A DNA stretch of 64,000 bases, from NCBI GenBank assembly GCA_051649025.1, contig JBOFGH010000003.1:4261-68260 (forward strand). The letters are read 5' to 3'. Position numbers and translations under genes: made by a program. Under the pieces are notes generated by a model. That model saw only the letters and a program-made list of their open reading frames with translations. It was not told where the DNA came from and searched no databases. This stretch comes from Eubacteriaceae bacterium. Lineage in GTDB: Bacteria > Bacillota > Clostridia > Eubacteriales > Eubacteriaceae. This document shows positions 14,473-25,044 of this stretch, in pieces. Each line of letters begins with the position of its first letter. Within the stretch, counting starts at the first letter, position 1.

Positions 14473-17400
14473 TCACGCTTTAAAAAAACCGAGACCCATA
14501 AGATTTGTAATGAGTTGGTCAAGATAGCGTTCTCCAGTCATTGACCAATTAAAGCCGAGACGATAAAGAATGTTGGTCGTGAAATTATGATCACTCGGAA
14601 TGCTTTCAATCTCATTTTTATTATCAGCATATGCAATGAGTGGAGATAATCGTGATGCTATTTTTTCATTTTGCATGGCTTTATTACATGCTTTTTTCCA
14701 GGCCACATCAGGAAGATACTCTAAAGAAATTCCTTTTTGTTTTAAGGTAAAGAAAACATCCGCCATAAATATTTCGTGGTTATTGTATGGATGGAAGATA
14801 GTGTACTGTTTTGGGGTCCTAGCTAAAAGCAGAATTGCATCGGCTGTGTTATCAATAGGAGCGAACTCAACAGGTTTGTCTAAAATGCTATAAGGCACAG
14901 CCCCTACTAAGACATAGGCGGCAAGGCGACCGGCAAAGGCATTAGAGTAGAAATTTATCTGAAATTCACCATCGGTTTCTCTCGCCATCAGATTTCCTAC
15001 ACGCATTATTTTTGCATCAAGTCCCTCAGTCATTGCCTCTAGAATATTTCTCTCACCAATAAACTTACTAAAAATATACTTATTTTCAAGATCCTGTCCG
15101 ATAAAAAGCTCGTTTTCATGGAGTTTAATCTCCTTGGAAGGAACATCATTTACCCTCATTCCTGCGATACTATGGGTTGAAACCTGTATGAGGCGAGCAT
15201 TTTTTATTTGTGCAAAACGAATGAGCTGATTTGTAAAATCTATGTTGGCATCTTCGATCTCGTTACCTGCGGAAAAGTGCTTAACGCTTGCAGCACAGTT
15301 GATGATGGTATCGATGTTGATTTCGGCAAGATCGGCGAAATCATCATCTCCAACAACAAAGATCCGTTGGTTAAACAATGCATCAAAGCTGTCACTAAAA
15401 TAATAAACAAGTCTTATCTTTAATCGCTCTTCATTCTTTCCTCGAACATGGCAGTATATATTGTTTTGGTGATTGTCAATTAAACTTTTTAAAATATGCA
15501 TGCCTAAATAGCCGGTAGCTCCTGTTAAAAAGACATCTCCAAGACTTGATAACTCGATGGATTTTTTCGAATACAAATCTTGAGTGGTATTGTGAATAAG
15601 ATTTTTTTCAAGATTTGAGTAATCATAGGCAAAGATTTCTTGTTGGCGACAACCACAGATGATGGCTCCAGTTGCTTGTGTCTCACTTAATAACTTTGCC
15701 AATTCTCGTGGGGTAGGGCTTTTGAAAACATCGGCATAGCTTATTTTATGTCCTAACCCATCAGCTCGAACGGTTAGCATTGTAACAAGAAGCGAGGTGC
15801 CACCAATGTCGAAGAAATTATCGAGGGCGCCAACGGTTTCCAAACCAAGGGTTTGCTCGAAGGCAGTACATAAGTCTTTTTCCAATTGATTTTCAGGGGA
15901 TTCAAACTTGTTTTTAGAGACAAACATGGGCATTGGCAAAGATTTTTGGTCGGTTTTTCCATTATCTGTCTGTGGGAAAGCATCCATTTGTAAGAATGCA
16001 GAAGGCACCATATAGCTTGTAAGCGCTTTTGAGATGAAGTCGATTAGTTTGGATATGTCAACGGGCTTAGCCCCAGTAAAATATGCGCAAAGTCGCTCGG
16101 CTCCCATAAATTCTTTTATGAGGACGACACATTGATTAATACCAGGATATCGATTGATGGCATATTCAATTTCTGAAAGTTCAATTCTGAGACCATTTAG
16201 TTTAATTTGGTTATCCATTCGGCCAAGAATAATGACCTCGCCATCCGGATTAAATTTGGCGAAATCTCCTGAACGATACACCCGATTTGACTGATAATTA
16301 ATAAAACTCTTAGCCGTTAGTTCTTCGTTTTTAATGTATCCTCTTGCAACACCCATACCACCGATTAACAGTTCACCTACCATCCCGATAGGGAGGGGAT
16401 TAAAGTCACTGTCCACGATATATTCAAAAACATTAGAAAGTGGCTTTCCTATGGTAATGTTATCGCTTTTGAGCTCTTTTGCATTGGAGGAGATAGAAAT
16501 CTCAGTTGGCCCATAGCTGTTGAATAACACCCCTGAAGTGATTGGACGAAGCTGTGAATAAAGTTTGGGAGGATATTTTTCTCCTCCACAGATTATAAAA
16601 CGGGCGTTTTTAAGGGCATCTCTAAACGCTTTGACCTCAAGATATTGTAAAAGACGGGAGGGGGTAGCTGAAAAAGCATCACATTGATTTTCTACAAACA
16701 AGTCTTTGAGTTTAAGTGGATCATTTACTTGCTGTTCATCTGCTAAAACAACGCTAAGCCCATTCAAAAGTGCGACCATGTTTTCTTTCAAAAAAACATC
16801 AAAGGTTACGGTGGTAATACTTAGAAGTTTTGTTGCATTTTCAGTGATTCCTTTGACATAAACATTATTTGTGGTTGGTGAGCAGTAGTTTGAAAGTCCT
16901 TTATGTTCGAGCATGACACCTTTAGGCTTTCCAGTGGAACCACTAGTATAGATAATATAACAGAGATTATCTTTAGAGATAGGCACGTTAAGATTATCTT
17001 CACAACAATGGCTTAAAAGTTCGTCTATCCCGATGGCATTGTCAAACCCTTTGCCATTTTCTGTAATAATAAAGCTGGCATTGCTGTCTTCTAAGATATT
17101 GAGAATGCGTTCATTTGGATATTCAGGATCTAAGGGCACAAAGGCAGCCCCGGATTTTAGAATGCCAAAAAGGGCGCAGTGCAATTTGCTTGTGCGTTTC
17201 AATAACACGGCAACACAATCATCTGGTCGGACTCCAAGTTCATTAAGCTTATTTGCAACTCTGTTGCTTAAGCGGTTAAGTTGGTCAAAACTCAGGGTTT
17301 TATCCCTTGCAATCAGTGCTGTTTTATCTTTGTTTTGGGTGACAATTCTCTCGAAAATTTTTGGGACAATATATTCATTTATGGGACATTGGGTTTTATT

Positions 17401-20400
17401 TATAGCTTCAAGCTGTTGCCTCATCGCATCATCAAGTAAGGAAAGACCTTTGATATCACCTGTGTGATTTTGCAAATTCAAAACGGCATTTTTTAGGGCA
17501 GTTCCAAAGGTGTTGATTGCCTGGAAGGAGTAAAGACTGCTGTCATATTGCAACTCTATTTTGTAGCAATCACCCTGTTCGAAAATCTGAACTGAGATGT
17601 TAAATTTTGCAATACTGTCAGAAATGACCATCAACTCAAGTTCTTCCCCTTCAATAATTTTTTCTGGCAATACGCCAACCTGATAGGCATAGTTAATTTG
17701 AGGAGAAATTCCAAATTTTTCTTTTAGACTATAGAAGGGAACAAGGTCGTTGTTTTTTATATCAGCAAATCTTTCTGAAACTGACTTGATAAAATCAGGG
17801 ACTGAAGATTCGACGGTAATTGGAAAAACCAAAGTTTTAACAAACATTCCCACGTTACGACTGAGCCGGCTGTCTTCACGGCCATTAGAAATGGTAGAAA
17901 ATGCAATCTCTTTATCGTCGGTATAGCGACGAAGAGTATAGGCAAGGGCACTCATAAATAGAACGTTAGGAGAGATTTTTAAAACTTTGCTAAAAACATC
18001 AATCGAAGCTTTTGGTAAAAGCACCCCATGTTTTTGCATAAGGTGAATCCCTTGGCCATTTAAATCAGCAGGAACCGAGGACATCTCACCTTTGATAAGG
18101 TGATTATAAAACTCAAGTTGTTTTTCGATCTCTCCATTTTCGATACGACATTTCTCATCAAGGAAATAATCGAAGGTACTATACTTTTCTGGTAAAATAT
18201 CATGGCCGTGATAGGCTGTAATAATATCCTCAATTAGTATTTGCATAGACCCTCCATCGGAGATGAGGTGGTGTATGTCACAAAGAAGATAAACAGCGGA
18301 TTCGGTGGTAAGAATCTCTATTCGATAAAGGGGCCCTGAATATAGATCAAAAGGTTTGGCAAAACTGGATAAGAGTTGGTTAATATTTTCTTCGTTGTCA
18401 GTTTTTAGGGTGACTACAGGGGGGGCTTCATCATTTCGTTTGACGAAAACATCTCCGGCAATATCTTTTAGATAAACCTTGAGATAGGGGTGAGCATTGA
18501 TAGCGGTAACACAGGATTCTCTTAACCGGTGTACATTAACTTTAGATAACATTTTTAAGCACATTGGAATGTTATAAATGAGGGCCTCTGGATCTTTTTG
18601 ACAAGCCATATAAACCCCTTGTCCAGAGAGATTAAGGGGATAATATTCTAATTTTTCGTGGGAAACTGTTTGTGTATTCCCTGAGGCGGCGTTGATTAAG
18701 GTCTCAATCTCGAGAATATTATCACAACCAATGATCGCATTTGCGTTGATATTCACATTTAATTCTTCGCAGATATCAACAACGGCTCTTATTGCAAGCA
18801 GTGAGGTTAGTCCCATACCGAAAAGGTTGTCGGTGACTCCAAAAGCATCGGTTTTTAAAATGTTACTAAATATTTTAAAAACAGTTTTTTGGATATCGGT
18901 GGCGGGTGCCACCATTTCTCCAACCATCACTTCTGGTTGAGGTAATCCTTTTATATTGATCTTGCCACTTGGGGATATGGGAAAATGATCCATCTGAATA
19001 TAAGCATCGGGAATCATGTATTTAGTAAGATGCTTACCTAGAAACTCTTTTAGTTTTCCAATGTCTATGGGATGGGTTCCCACAATATAAGCACAAAGAT
19101 GCTCGCCACTACCGATGGTTTTTACAAGGACTACAACATTCTTAATGCCCTCAAAGCTTGATATTTGGCTTTCAATCTCAGAAAGTTCTATTCGCAACCC
19201 CCGAAGTTTGACCTGATTATCAATTCGGCCGATAATATCCACTTCTCCATTTTCGGTGAAACGACAAAGGTCTCCAGTACGATAAGCTTTTACACCTTTG
19301 TAGGTAATGAATTTTTCGGCGGTTAGTTCGTCCCTGTTAAGATAACCGCGGCAGACACCTGTGCCTCCAATAATAAGTTCGCCCGGGACACCGATGGGGA
19401 CTTCGGATAAGTCTTTATCAACGATAAACATTTTATAGTTTGACTGTGGTTTTCCAATGGTGGTGACGGTTCCAGTGATCACCTTGTAGTTCGAAGCCAC
19501 TGTTGTTTCGGTGGGGCCGTAACCATTTATTATTACAGCATCGGTGAAAGCTCTAAGCTGCTCAAAGCCTCCTGGTGGAAACTTTTCTCCACCTAAAAGT
19601 AGGATGGAAATTTCTTTTAAAGCCCTACAAAAATCTTTATTGTTAACAAATTCCATTAATCTCGAAGGGGTGAAGAATACACCATTCACGCCATTCTTTT
19701 CTATGAAATTTCCTAAAGCTACAGGATTTTTACTAGTTTCTTCGTCAGCCATTGCCACAGTTTTGGCATTTGCAAAAGGCAACAAAGATTCAACAATAAA
19801 AGCATCAAAGGCAACAGTTGTCACTGACAAGAAAACCTTGCATTTTTCCGTCAGCGTTTTAACATAGCTGTTATATTGACTATTGGCAACATAGTTTACA
19901 AGGGAATGATGTTCGATCATTGCCCCTTTCGGAAGCCCGGTAGAACCGCTCGTGTAGATGAGATAAGCTAGGTTTTCTGGAGTAACCCTCATATCGGGGA
20001 TAGATGTATCGGGATAGGCAAGAAGGTCATCCAAGATGAGAGCATTTTGGAAACAAAACATTTCTCCAAAGTCTTTTGTTGTAATAATAAATCTTGCGTT
20101 ACTATCATTTAAAACATGATCAATTCTGTCTTTTGGATATTCTGGGTCGATTGGAATAAAAGCAGCACCAGCTTTCATAATTCCTAGTTGGGCAAAAAAC
20201 ACCTCTGGGCATCGAGGCAGCATAAACGCGACATTATCTTCTATTTCAACTCCAGCTGCAAGCAGCTTGTTTGCTATTTTGTTTGAGTTTTCATCTAACT
20301 GTTTAAAGGTATAACTTTTTTTGGCAGTAACAACTGCCAATTTATCTGGATTCTTTTTTACAATGCTTTCAAAAAGTTTGTTGTAGCTAACCTTAGGAAA

Positions 20401-23337
20401 CTCACAGTCTGTAGCATTAAAACTCTCGATAGACGTGGTTTGCTCAGAGGTAAGATGCATTAAATCTTTGATTGTCGTGCTCCTTGAAACGTCACAAATC
20501 TCAGTTAAAATTTGCTCATATTGTTCTAACATTCGATCGATGGTTGAAGGCTTAAATAGCTTGTCACTAAACTGGAGATGAACATCAAGAGTGTCTTCTC
20601 CAGAAATAACCTCCATTGCCATATCAAAGGCGGACTGTTGAACAGGTAGTGGCAAATGGCAGAGGGAGCGTGAAGCATTATCATAATTTTTTTGGGGTTC
20701 AAGGAAATTAAATAACACATCAAAAACTGGATTTCTTGAAGGGTCTCTTTCAAAGGACAAATTCTTGCTCAGCTCTTCCAAAGAAAAAAGGGAGTGTTTA
20801 AAAGCAGAGATTAGATTGTCTTTGCAGGTGTCAAGATAATCCATAAATAGTTGTTTACTATCGGGTTTAAAGAGTACAGGGAGCGTGTTAACAAAAACGC
20901 CAACCATATCCACAGTTTCGGGCAGTGGTTTGGCATTATAGGGCACACCGATAACAAATTGATCGCTTCCAGAATATTGTTTTAGAAGAAGGGAGTTGGC
21001 AATTGCCATTACACTGAAAACACTGGTATTGTTTTGTTTTGAAAAACGTTCCAGCTTTTTAAAAAGATTGGGTTCTAGTTGCATTTTTTTTACTAAATTC
21101 ATGGTAGGCAGAACGGTTGGCCGTTTAAAATCAAGGGGTAGCTCAAATTCGCCAGCACCGTTCTCAAAAACTTTTAGCCAGTATTGTCTGTCGGATTCTA
21201 GAATATCTTTTCCGTGTTTATCAAGCCAAACAGCATAGTCTGTGTATTTGAATGACAAATCTTTTAGTGGCTCGTCGTTTAGAATATCCCAAAAATCCTT
21301 AAGGAGAACATTGATTGAAATACCATCAATGATAATATGGTGCATCGTTAAATTTACAATGGCTTCTTTTTCTCCAGTAGAATAAAGGGAGAAATAACAT
21401 AGAGGAGGTCGACTGAGATTAAAAACAGGTTTAAAATCTTTAATATCAGAAATTGCCTGTTGTGGGGTGGTTTGTTTTACCGTTACGAAAGGGGTAAAAT
21501 CTTCTAAAATAATGTGGCGTAGCTCCCCGTTAACATTTTTATAAATACTTGAAAGTGATTCATACCGTTTTGTCAATTGAACAAAAGCATTTTTTATAAG
21601 GTTGGTGTTAAACCCACGGAGAGTAAAACTAACACTGACGTTATAGGCAGTGTCGTTTGACAGCTCCTGAAGCACAAACATCTGCTGTTCCGAATAAGTA
21701 AGGGGGTAATAGTCAGATTTTGGTGCTTTTTCAAGAGGTGGATACGCTTTTAATAAGGCTATTTTTTCCGGGGTTTTTCCCTCAAAAATAGAGGCAGTGC
21801 TAAAGTTGTATTTTGAAAGCATTAGTTGCAATTCCATCGCCTTAATGGAGTCGCCGCCATAATTGAAAAAGTCGTGGTTAATGCCGATTTTTGGGAGGTT
21901 TAAAACTGTTTCAAATGCGACGCAGATGTCTTTTTGTATTTCATTTTGAGGGGGAACATACGCGGTATCCGCATTAAAAGATGGTGGCATCAGTGCGGAA
22001 CGATCGAGTTTATTATTCATATTAAGTGGAAAGGTTTCTAGGTGAACAAAATAAGAAGGCAGCATATAGGGTGGAAGATAGCTTAAAATATGTTTTTTAA
22101 GGAGTGCAGTTTCTACCTGCTGACCAGTGTAATAGGCAACCATATAGGGCTGCTGACTTTTTTCATCTTCGAAAGCTTTTACAGCGGCTCCAGTAATTTG
22201 GTTATAATTGGCGAGAACCGACTCAACCTCTCCGGGTTCAACCCGATTCCCAGCGATATTTATCATCCAGTCATTACGGTTTAGATAAATGATATTTTGG
22301 TTTTCGTCATACTTTCCTAAATCTCCAGTTAATAGGAGTTTTCCTTCGGCAAATGGGTTGTCAATAAACCGCTCTTTGGTAAGTTCGGGTTGCTTGTAAT
22401 AGCCCATTGAAAGACTTTGTCCACCAACACAGATCTGTCCTTGCTGACATTTATTTAAATTTTCGTCTAAAATATAGACCAATGCAGCATCTAAAGGCTT
22501 CCCAATAGGAATAATCTCTTGTAGGGGTTGAATATGAGGGTAGAAAGTAATCCCCCCAGAAGTTTCGCTAAGCCCATAAAGATTGATAACATTTAGCTTT
22601 TTCGGAAAGTCTAAAGCGTGGACTTTTTCGCTCCCGACCATTAAAGTATTAAGAGGCAGTTTTTCTAAGTTGAGTAGTTTTGCAACCCTTGGAGGGGCAA
22701 ACATGACACTAATCCCATTTTCTTTAAGGTAGGTTTCGAGAATGGCGGTGTCTTTAACTACTGCAGTTTCTGCTAAATGTAAGGTCATTCCCTTTGATAA
22801 GGCCATTAAAACAAAAAAGATGTAGGCGACAAAGGCCGTTGAGGCCATGAGTAAGAAACTATCCTTCTCACTACCGAACAATTCAGGGGCATAGTTTTTG
22901 ACCATTGCCCTTAAATTGTCATGGCTAAGCATGACTCCTTTGGGTTTCCCTGTAGAGCCACTGGTATAGACTAAAGCGCCAAGATCATCCTTTGAAGCTT
23001 CGGTATATTCTGCCATGGGTAGTTGTTCATAGTTTTCCATAAAATCGACATCAATAACTAATTTTGGGTTACAGTGAGAGAGAATATAGTCTAACCGTTC
23101 TTTGGGATAATTAAGCTCTAGGTTGGCAAAGGCACAACCAGCCTTAATACACCCAATCATTGCGACAATCGACATAATGCTTCGTGGCAATTTGATTGCA
23201 ACAATATCCCCTGAACCAATTCCCTTAAAAGCCAGCACAGCCGCCAATTGATGGCTTTTTTCATAAAGTTCTTTATAGGTGATTTTTAAATCCCCGTATA
23301 CCAATGCGGTTTTTGATAATTTTTTTGTATAAAACAT
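14473..23337 (-). CDS. trimodular non-ribosomal peptide synthetase, A-T-C-A-T-C-A-T-R (terminal thioester reductase)
   Basis: 2954-aa ORF.
- Three A domains have A3 motifs LVYTSGSTGKPKG, LIYTSGSTGLPKG and IIYTSGSTGKPKG, plus A8/A10 motifs.
- The carrier-protein serines are GGDS (aa 497), GLTS (aa 1512) and GGTS (aa 2515).
- The two C domains have HHIIIDG (aa 666) and HHLISDG (aa 1689).
- The C-terminal SDR-type reductase has LTGATGYLG (aa 2604) and a YxxSK pattern. Confidence 0.95.
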   Translation of the reverse strand: MFYTKKLSKTALVYGDLKITYKELYEKSHQLAAVLAFKGIGSGDIVAIKLPRSIMSIVAMIGCIKAGCAFANLELNYPKERLDYILSHCNPKLVIDVDFMENYEQLPMAEYTEASKDDLGALVYTSGSTGKPKGVMLSHDNLRAMVKNYAPELFGSEKDSFLLMASTAFVAYIFFVLMALSKGMTLHLAETAVVKDTAILETYLKENGISVMFAPPRVAKLLNLEKLPLNTLMVGSEKVHALDFPKKLNVINLYGLSETSGGITFYPHIQPLQEIIPIGKPLDAALVYILDENLNKCQQGQICVGGQSLSMGYYKQPELTKERFIDNPFAEGKLLLTGDLGKYDENQNIIYLNRNDWMINIAGNRVEPGEVESVLANYNQITGAAVKAFEDEKSQQPYMVAYYTGQQVETALLKKHILSYLPPYMLPSYFVHLETFPLNMNNKLDRSALMPPSFNADTAYVPPQNEIQKDICVAFETVLNLPKIGINHDFFNYGGDSIKAMELQLMLSKYNFSTASIFEGKTPEKIALLKAYPPLEKAPKSDYYPLTYSEQQMFVLQELSNDTAYNVSVSFTLRGFNTNLIKNAFVQLTKRYESLSSIYKNVNGELRHIILEDFTPFVTVKQTTPQQAISDIKDFKPVFNLSRPPLCYFSLYSTGEKEAIVNLTMHHIIIDGISINVLLKDFWDILNDEPLKDLSFKYTDYAVWLDKHGKDILESDRQYWLKVFENGAGEFELPLDFKRPTVLPTMNLVKKMQLEPNLFKKLERFSKQNNTSVFSVMAIANSLLLKQYSGSDQFVIGVPYNAKPLPETVDMVGVFVNTLPVLFKPDSKQLFMDYLDTCKDNLISAFKHSLFSLEELSKNLSFERDPSRNPVFDVLFNFLEPQKNYDNASRSLCHLPLPVQQSAFDMAMEVISGEDTLDVHLQFSDKLFKPSTIDRMLEQYEQILTEICDVSRSTTIKDLMHLTSEQTTSIESFNATDCEFPKVSYNKLFESIVKKNPDKLAVVTAKKSYTFKQLDENSNKIANKLLAAGVEIEDNVAFMLPRCPEVFFAQLGIMKAGAAFIPIDPEYPKDRIDHVLNDSNARFIITTKDFGEMFCFQNALILDDLLAYPDTSIPDMRVTPENLAYLIYTSGSTGLPKGAMIEHHSLVNYVANSQYNSYVKTLTEKCKVFLSVTTVAFDAFIVESLLPFANAKTVAMADEETSKNPVALGNFIEKNGVNGVFFTPSRLMEFVNNKDFCRALKEISILLLGGEKFPPGGFEQLRAFTDAVIINGYGPTETTVASNYKVITGTVTTIGKPQSNYKMFIVDKDLSEVPIGVPGELIIGGTGVCRGYLNRDELTAEKFITYKGVKAYRTGDLCRFTENGEVDIIGRIDNQVKLRGLRIELSEIESQISSFEGIKNVVVLVKTIGSGEHLCAYIVGTHPIDIGKLKEFLGKHLTKYMIPDAYIQMDHFPISPSGKINIKGLPQPEVMVGEMVAPATDIQKTVFKIFSNILKTDAFGVTDNLFGMGLTSLLAIRAVVDICEELNVNINANAIIGCDNILEIETLINAASGNTQTVSHEKLEYYPLNLSGQGVYMACQKDPEALIYNIPMCLKMLSKVNVHRLRESCVTAINAHPYLKVYLKDIAGDVFVKRNDEAPPVVTLKTDNEENINQLLSSFAKPFDLYSGPLYRIEILTTESAVYLLCDIHHLISDGGSMQILIEDIITAYHGHDILPEKYSTFDYFLDEKCRIENGEIEKQLEFYNHLIKGEMSSVPADLNGQGIHLMQKHGVLLPKASIDVFSKVLKISPNVLFMSALAYTLRRYTDDKEIAFSTISNGREDSRLSRNVGMFVKTLVFPITVESSVPDFIKSVSERFADIKNNDLVPFYSLKEKFGISPQINYAYQVGVLPEKIIEGEELELMVISDSIAKFNISVQIFEQGDCYKIELQYDSSLYSFQAINTFGTALKNAVLNLQNHTGDIKGLSLLDDAMRQQLEAINKTQCPINEYIVPKIFERIVTQNKDKTALIARDKTLSFDQLNRLSNRVANKLNELGVRPDDCVAVLLKRTSKLHCALFGILKSGAAFVPLDPEYPNERILNILEDSNASFIITENGKGFDNAIGIDELLSHCCEDNLNVPISKDNLCYIIYTSGSTGKPKGVMLEHKGLSNYCSPTTNNVYVKGITENATKLLSITTVTFDVFLKENMVALLNGLSVVLADEQQVNDPLKLKDLFVENQCDAFSATPSRLLQYLEVKAFRDALKNARFIICGGEKYPPKLYSQLRPITSGVLFNSYGPTEISISSNAKELKSDNITIGKPLSNVFEYIVDSDFNPLPIGMVGELLIGGMGVARGYIKNEELTAKSFINYQSNRVYRSGDFAKFNPDGEVIILGRMDNQIKLNGLRIELSEIEYAINRYPGINQCVVLIKEFMGAERLCAYFTGAKPVDISKLIDFISKALTSYMVPSAFLQMDAFPQTDNGKTDQKSLPMPMFVSKNKFESPENQLEKDLCTAFEQTLGLETVGALDNFFDIGGTSLLVTMLTVRADGLGHKISYADVFKSPTPRELAKLLSETQATGAIICGCRQQEIFAYDYSNLEKNLIHNTTQDLYSKKSIELSSLGDVFLTGATGYLGMHILKSLIDNHQNNIYCHVRGKNEERLKIRLVYYFSDSFDALFNQRIFVVGDDDFADLAEINIDTIINCAASVKHFSAGNEIEDANIDFTNQLIRFAQIKNARLIQVSTHSIAGMRVNDVPSKEIKLHENELFIGQDLENKYIFSKFIGERNILEAMTEGLDAKIMRVGNLMARETDGEFQINFYSNAFAGRLAAYVLVGAVPYSILDKPVEFAPIDNTADAILLLARTPKQYTIFHPYNNHEIFMADVFFTLKQKGISLEYLPDVAWKKACNKAMQNEKIASRLSPLIAYADNKNEIESIPSDHNFTTNILYRLGFNWSMTGERYLDQLITNLMGLGFFKA

Positions 23338-23669
23338 CTTATAGTCTTGCCTTTCTTTTACTAATATAGTTTACATATCCCCACACGATAACGTGTGTAA
23401 TAAAGCCAACGATCACAAAAAATCCGACACATTCTCAGAAAGAGAGATTTAGAGATTTTTAAAATTTAAAAGCGCATCGATTAAAAAGTATATTGGAAAA
23501 TGGATAACATAGTATCTTGAAATGTTGTTACTTGCAAATTTAAGACGACTGTCAACCCACTTTTTCTTTTGGATAGAATCTTCTAAGAAGAAAAATAACC
23601 TGCACAAAGGAGAATAGCAGAAAGGTTAGTAAACACCCTAAAAAAACCGATCATATGCTCTCCTGACTG

Positions 23670-25031
23670 TTAAATTGTTTCATCAATTAGAACCTTAAGC
23701 TTTCCACCTTTAGTGTTGTTAACAGGTGGGCGGTCGCTGATAATAAATGTCGCCTCTGGACAATCGCAATCTGAAAACAGCTGTTTTATATTTGTGGTTA
23801 TTCTGGCTTTAAATGCTTCCAAAAGACGATGATCTTTTAAGACGACTCGAAGCTCCAAGGTGTCTTCAGCGGTTTTTGCAAACTGATAGGTAAGGACATT
23901 GTTTTCAACATGCTGGAGAAGAAAGATCAAGCGAAGACCAAGAAGTGGTTTGCCACAGAGTGTTAGGGGTTCGGTAGTTCGTCCTTGAATTTCAATGGGA
24001 GGAAATACACTGTCGCAATAAGGGCATTTATCTCCAATATTTACGACATCCGTCATTTTGTATCGAATAATTGGCATAATAAAATTGGTAAGGTCAGTCA
24101 CAAGCACTGAATTAGAAAACTTGCCATTAGGGGTTGGGCTTCCATCTTCGTCGATGGGTTCCACAATAATCCAATCATCATTTAAATGCATATTTGGACA
24201 ACCGTCTGACATGGCGACCTCGCCACCCTCGGAGGAGCAATAATTGTTGACAATGGTGCAATTGAAGGCTTTTTTCAGAATGTCAAAGGTTGGCTTTGTT
24301 AATGTTTCTGCTGAACAGGCAATGCTTTTTAACTTGATATTAAGGTTTCCGTTAAGTTGTTCTAAGGCAACGCTTCCTAATACTGAGGGGTAGCCTGTTA
24401 ACACGTCGGGTTTAAATTCATTTAGAATCCTCACCATTTCTGGAACAGGGCTAAAGATAGAAATAGCAATCATGTTGTCTGCCACATCAGGATATTGGGC
24501 CTGCATACGTAAAAAAGAGGAGTAGGAGGAAACCCCAGGATCGGTTGCGATAATCGAGGCAATTTTGTTTGCCTTTGGAGAGAATGTGTCTGGACCAACC
24601 TTACTTAATAGGCGATTTTCCATTAAAGCTCCGTGGATTTTGTTGTGGAAATCGTCCCGTAAAACAACTAAAGGGTTTCCAGTAGTTCCCGAGGTGAAAA
24701 CATAAGAATATTTGCCAAGATAAAGGCCAGGGATTTCCCCGGTTTTACTAGCTTTATTTACGTCAAGGAGTTCCTTCATTTGGACATCCCTGTCGGTTAC
24801 AACGAGATCGAAGTTTTCAGAAATCATCTTTTTATCAGTGATGGGTAAATCACTAAGTTCAAAATCAAGGGGAATATCCTTGTAAAGCATTTTGTAAAAA
24901 GGAGAATTCTCTTTTGCATAGGTCACCAATTCAATAAGACGCTGTTGTCTTAATCCACGGCGTTGTGATTCTGGCACATTTTTTCCCTCGGATACGAGCT
25001 TTTGGGCATCTGCCCAAGATATTGTTTTCAT
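23670..25031 (-). CDS. PaaK-like adenylate-forming enzyme (phenylacetate-CoA ligase / F390 synthetase family)
   Basis: 453-aa ORF with the short AMP-binding core FTSGTTGNPL and an overall PaaK/CapK-like layout. It is in an operon with the NRPS. Confidence 0.7.
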   Translation of the reverse strand: MKTISWADAQKLVSEGKNVPESQRRGLRQQRLIELVTYAKENSPFYKMLYKDIPLDFELSDLPITDKKMISENFDLVVTDRDVQMKELLDVNKASKTGEIPGLYLGKYSYVFTSGTTGNPLVVLRDDFHNKIHGALMENRLLSKVGPDTFSPKANKIASIIATDPGVSSYSSFLRMQAQYPDVADNMIAISIFSPVPEMVRILNEFKPDVLTGYPSVLGSVALEQLNGNLNIKLKSIACSAETLTKPTFDILKKAFNCTIVNNYCSSEGGEVAMSDGCPNMHLNDDWIIVEPIDEDGSPTPNGKFSNSVLVTDLTNFIMPIIRYKMTDVVNIGDKCPYCDSVFPPIEIQGRTTEPLTLCGKPLLGLRLIFLLQHVENNVLTYQFAKTAEDTLELRVVLKDHRLLEAFKARITTNIKQLFSDCDCPEATFIISDRPPVNNTKGGKLKVLIDETI

Positions 25032-25044
25032 CAGGTTCTCCTTG

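Noticed and set aside
14600-23000. Numerous 60-144-aa ORFs on the + strand inside the NRPS gene, and similar antisense ORFs inside fbp, the MATE gene, cadA, fdhF, selA and others
   Set aside because: These are shadow ORFs antisense to, or out of frame with, long and strongly supported genes. They have no RBSs and low-complexity products.
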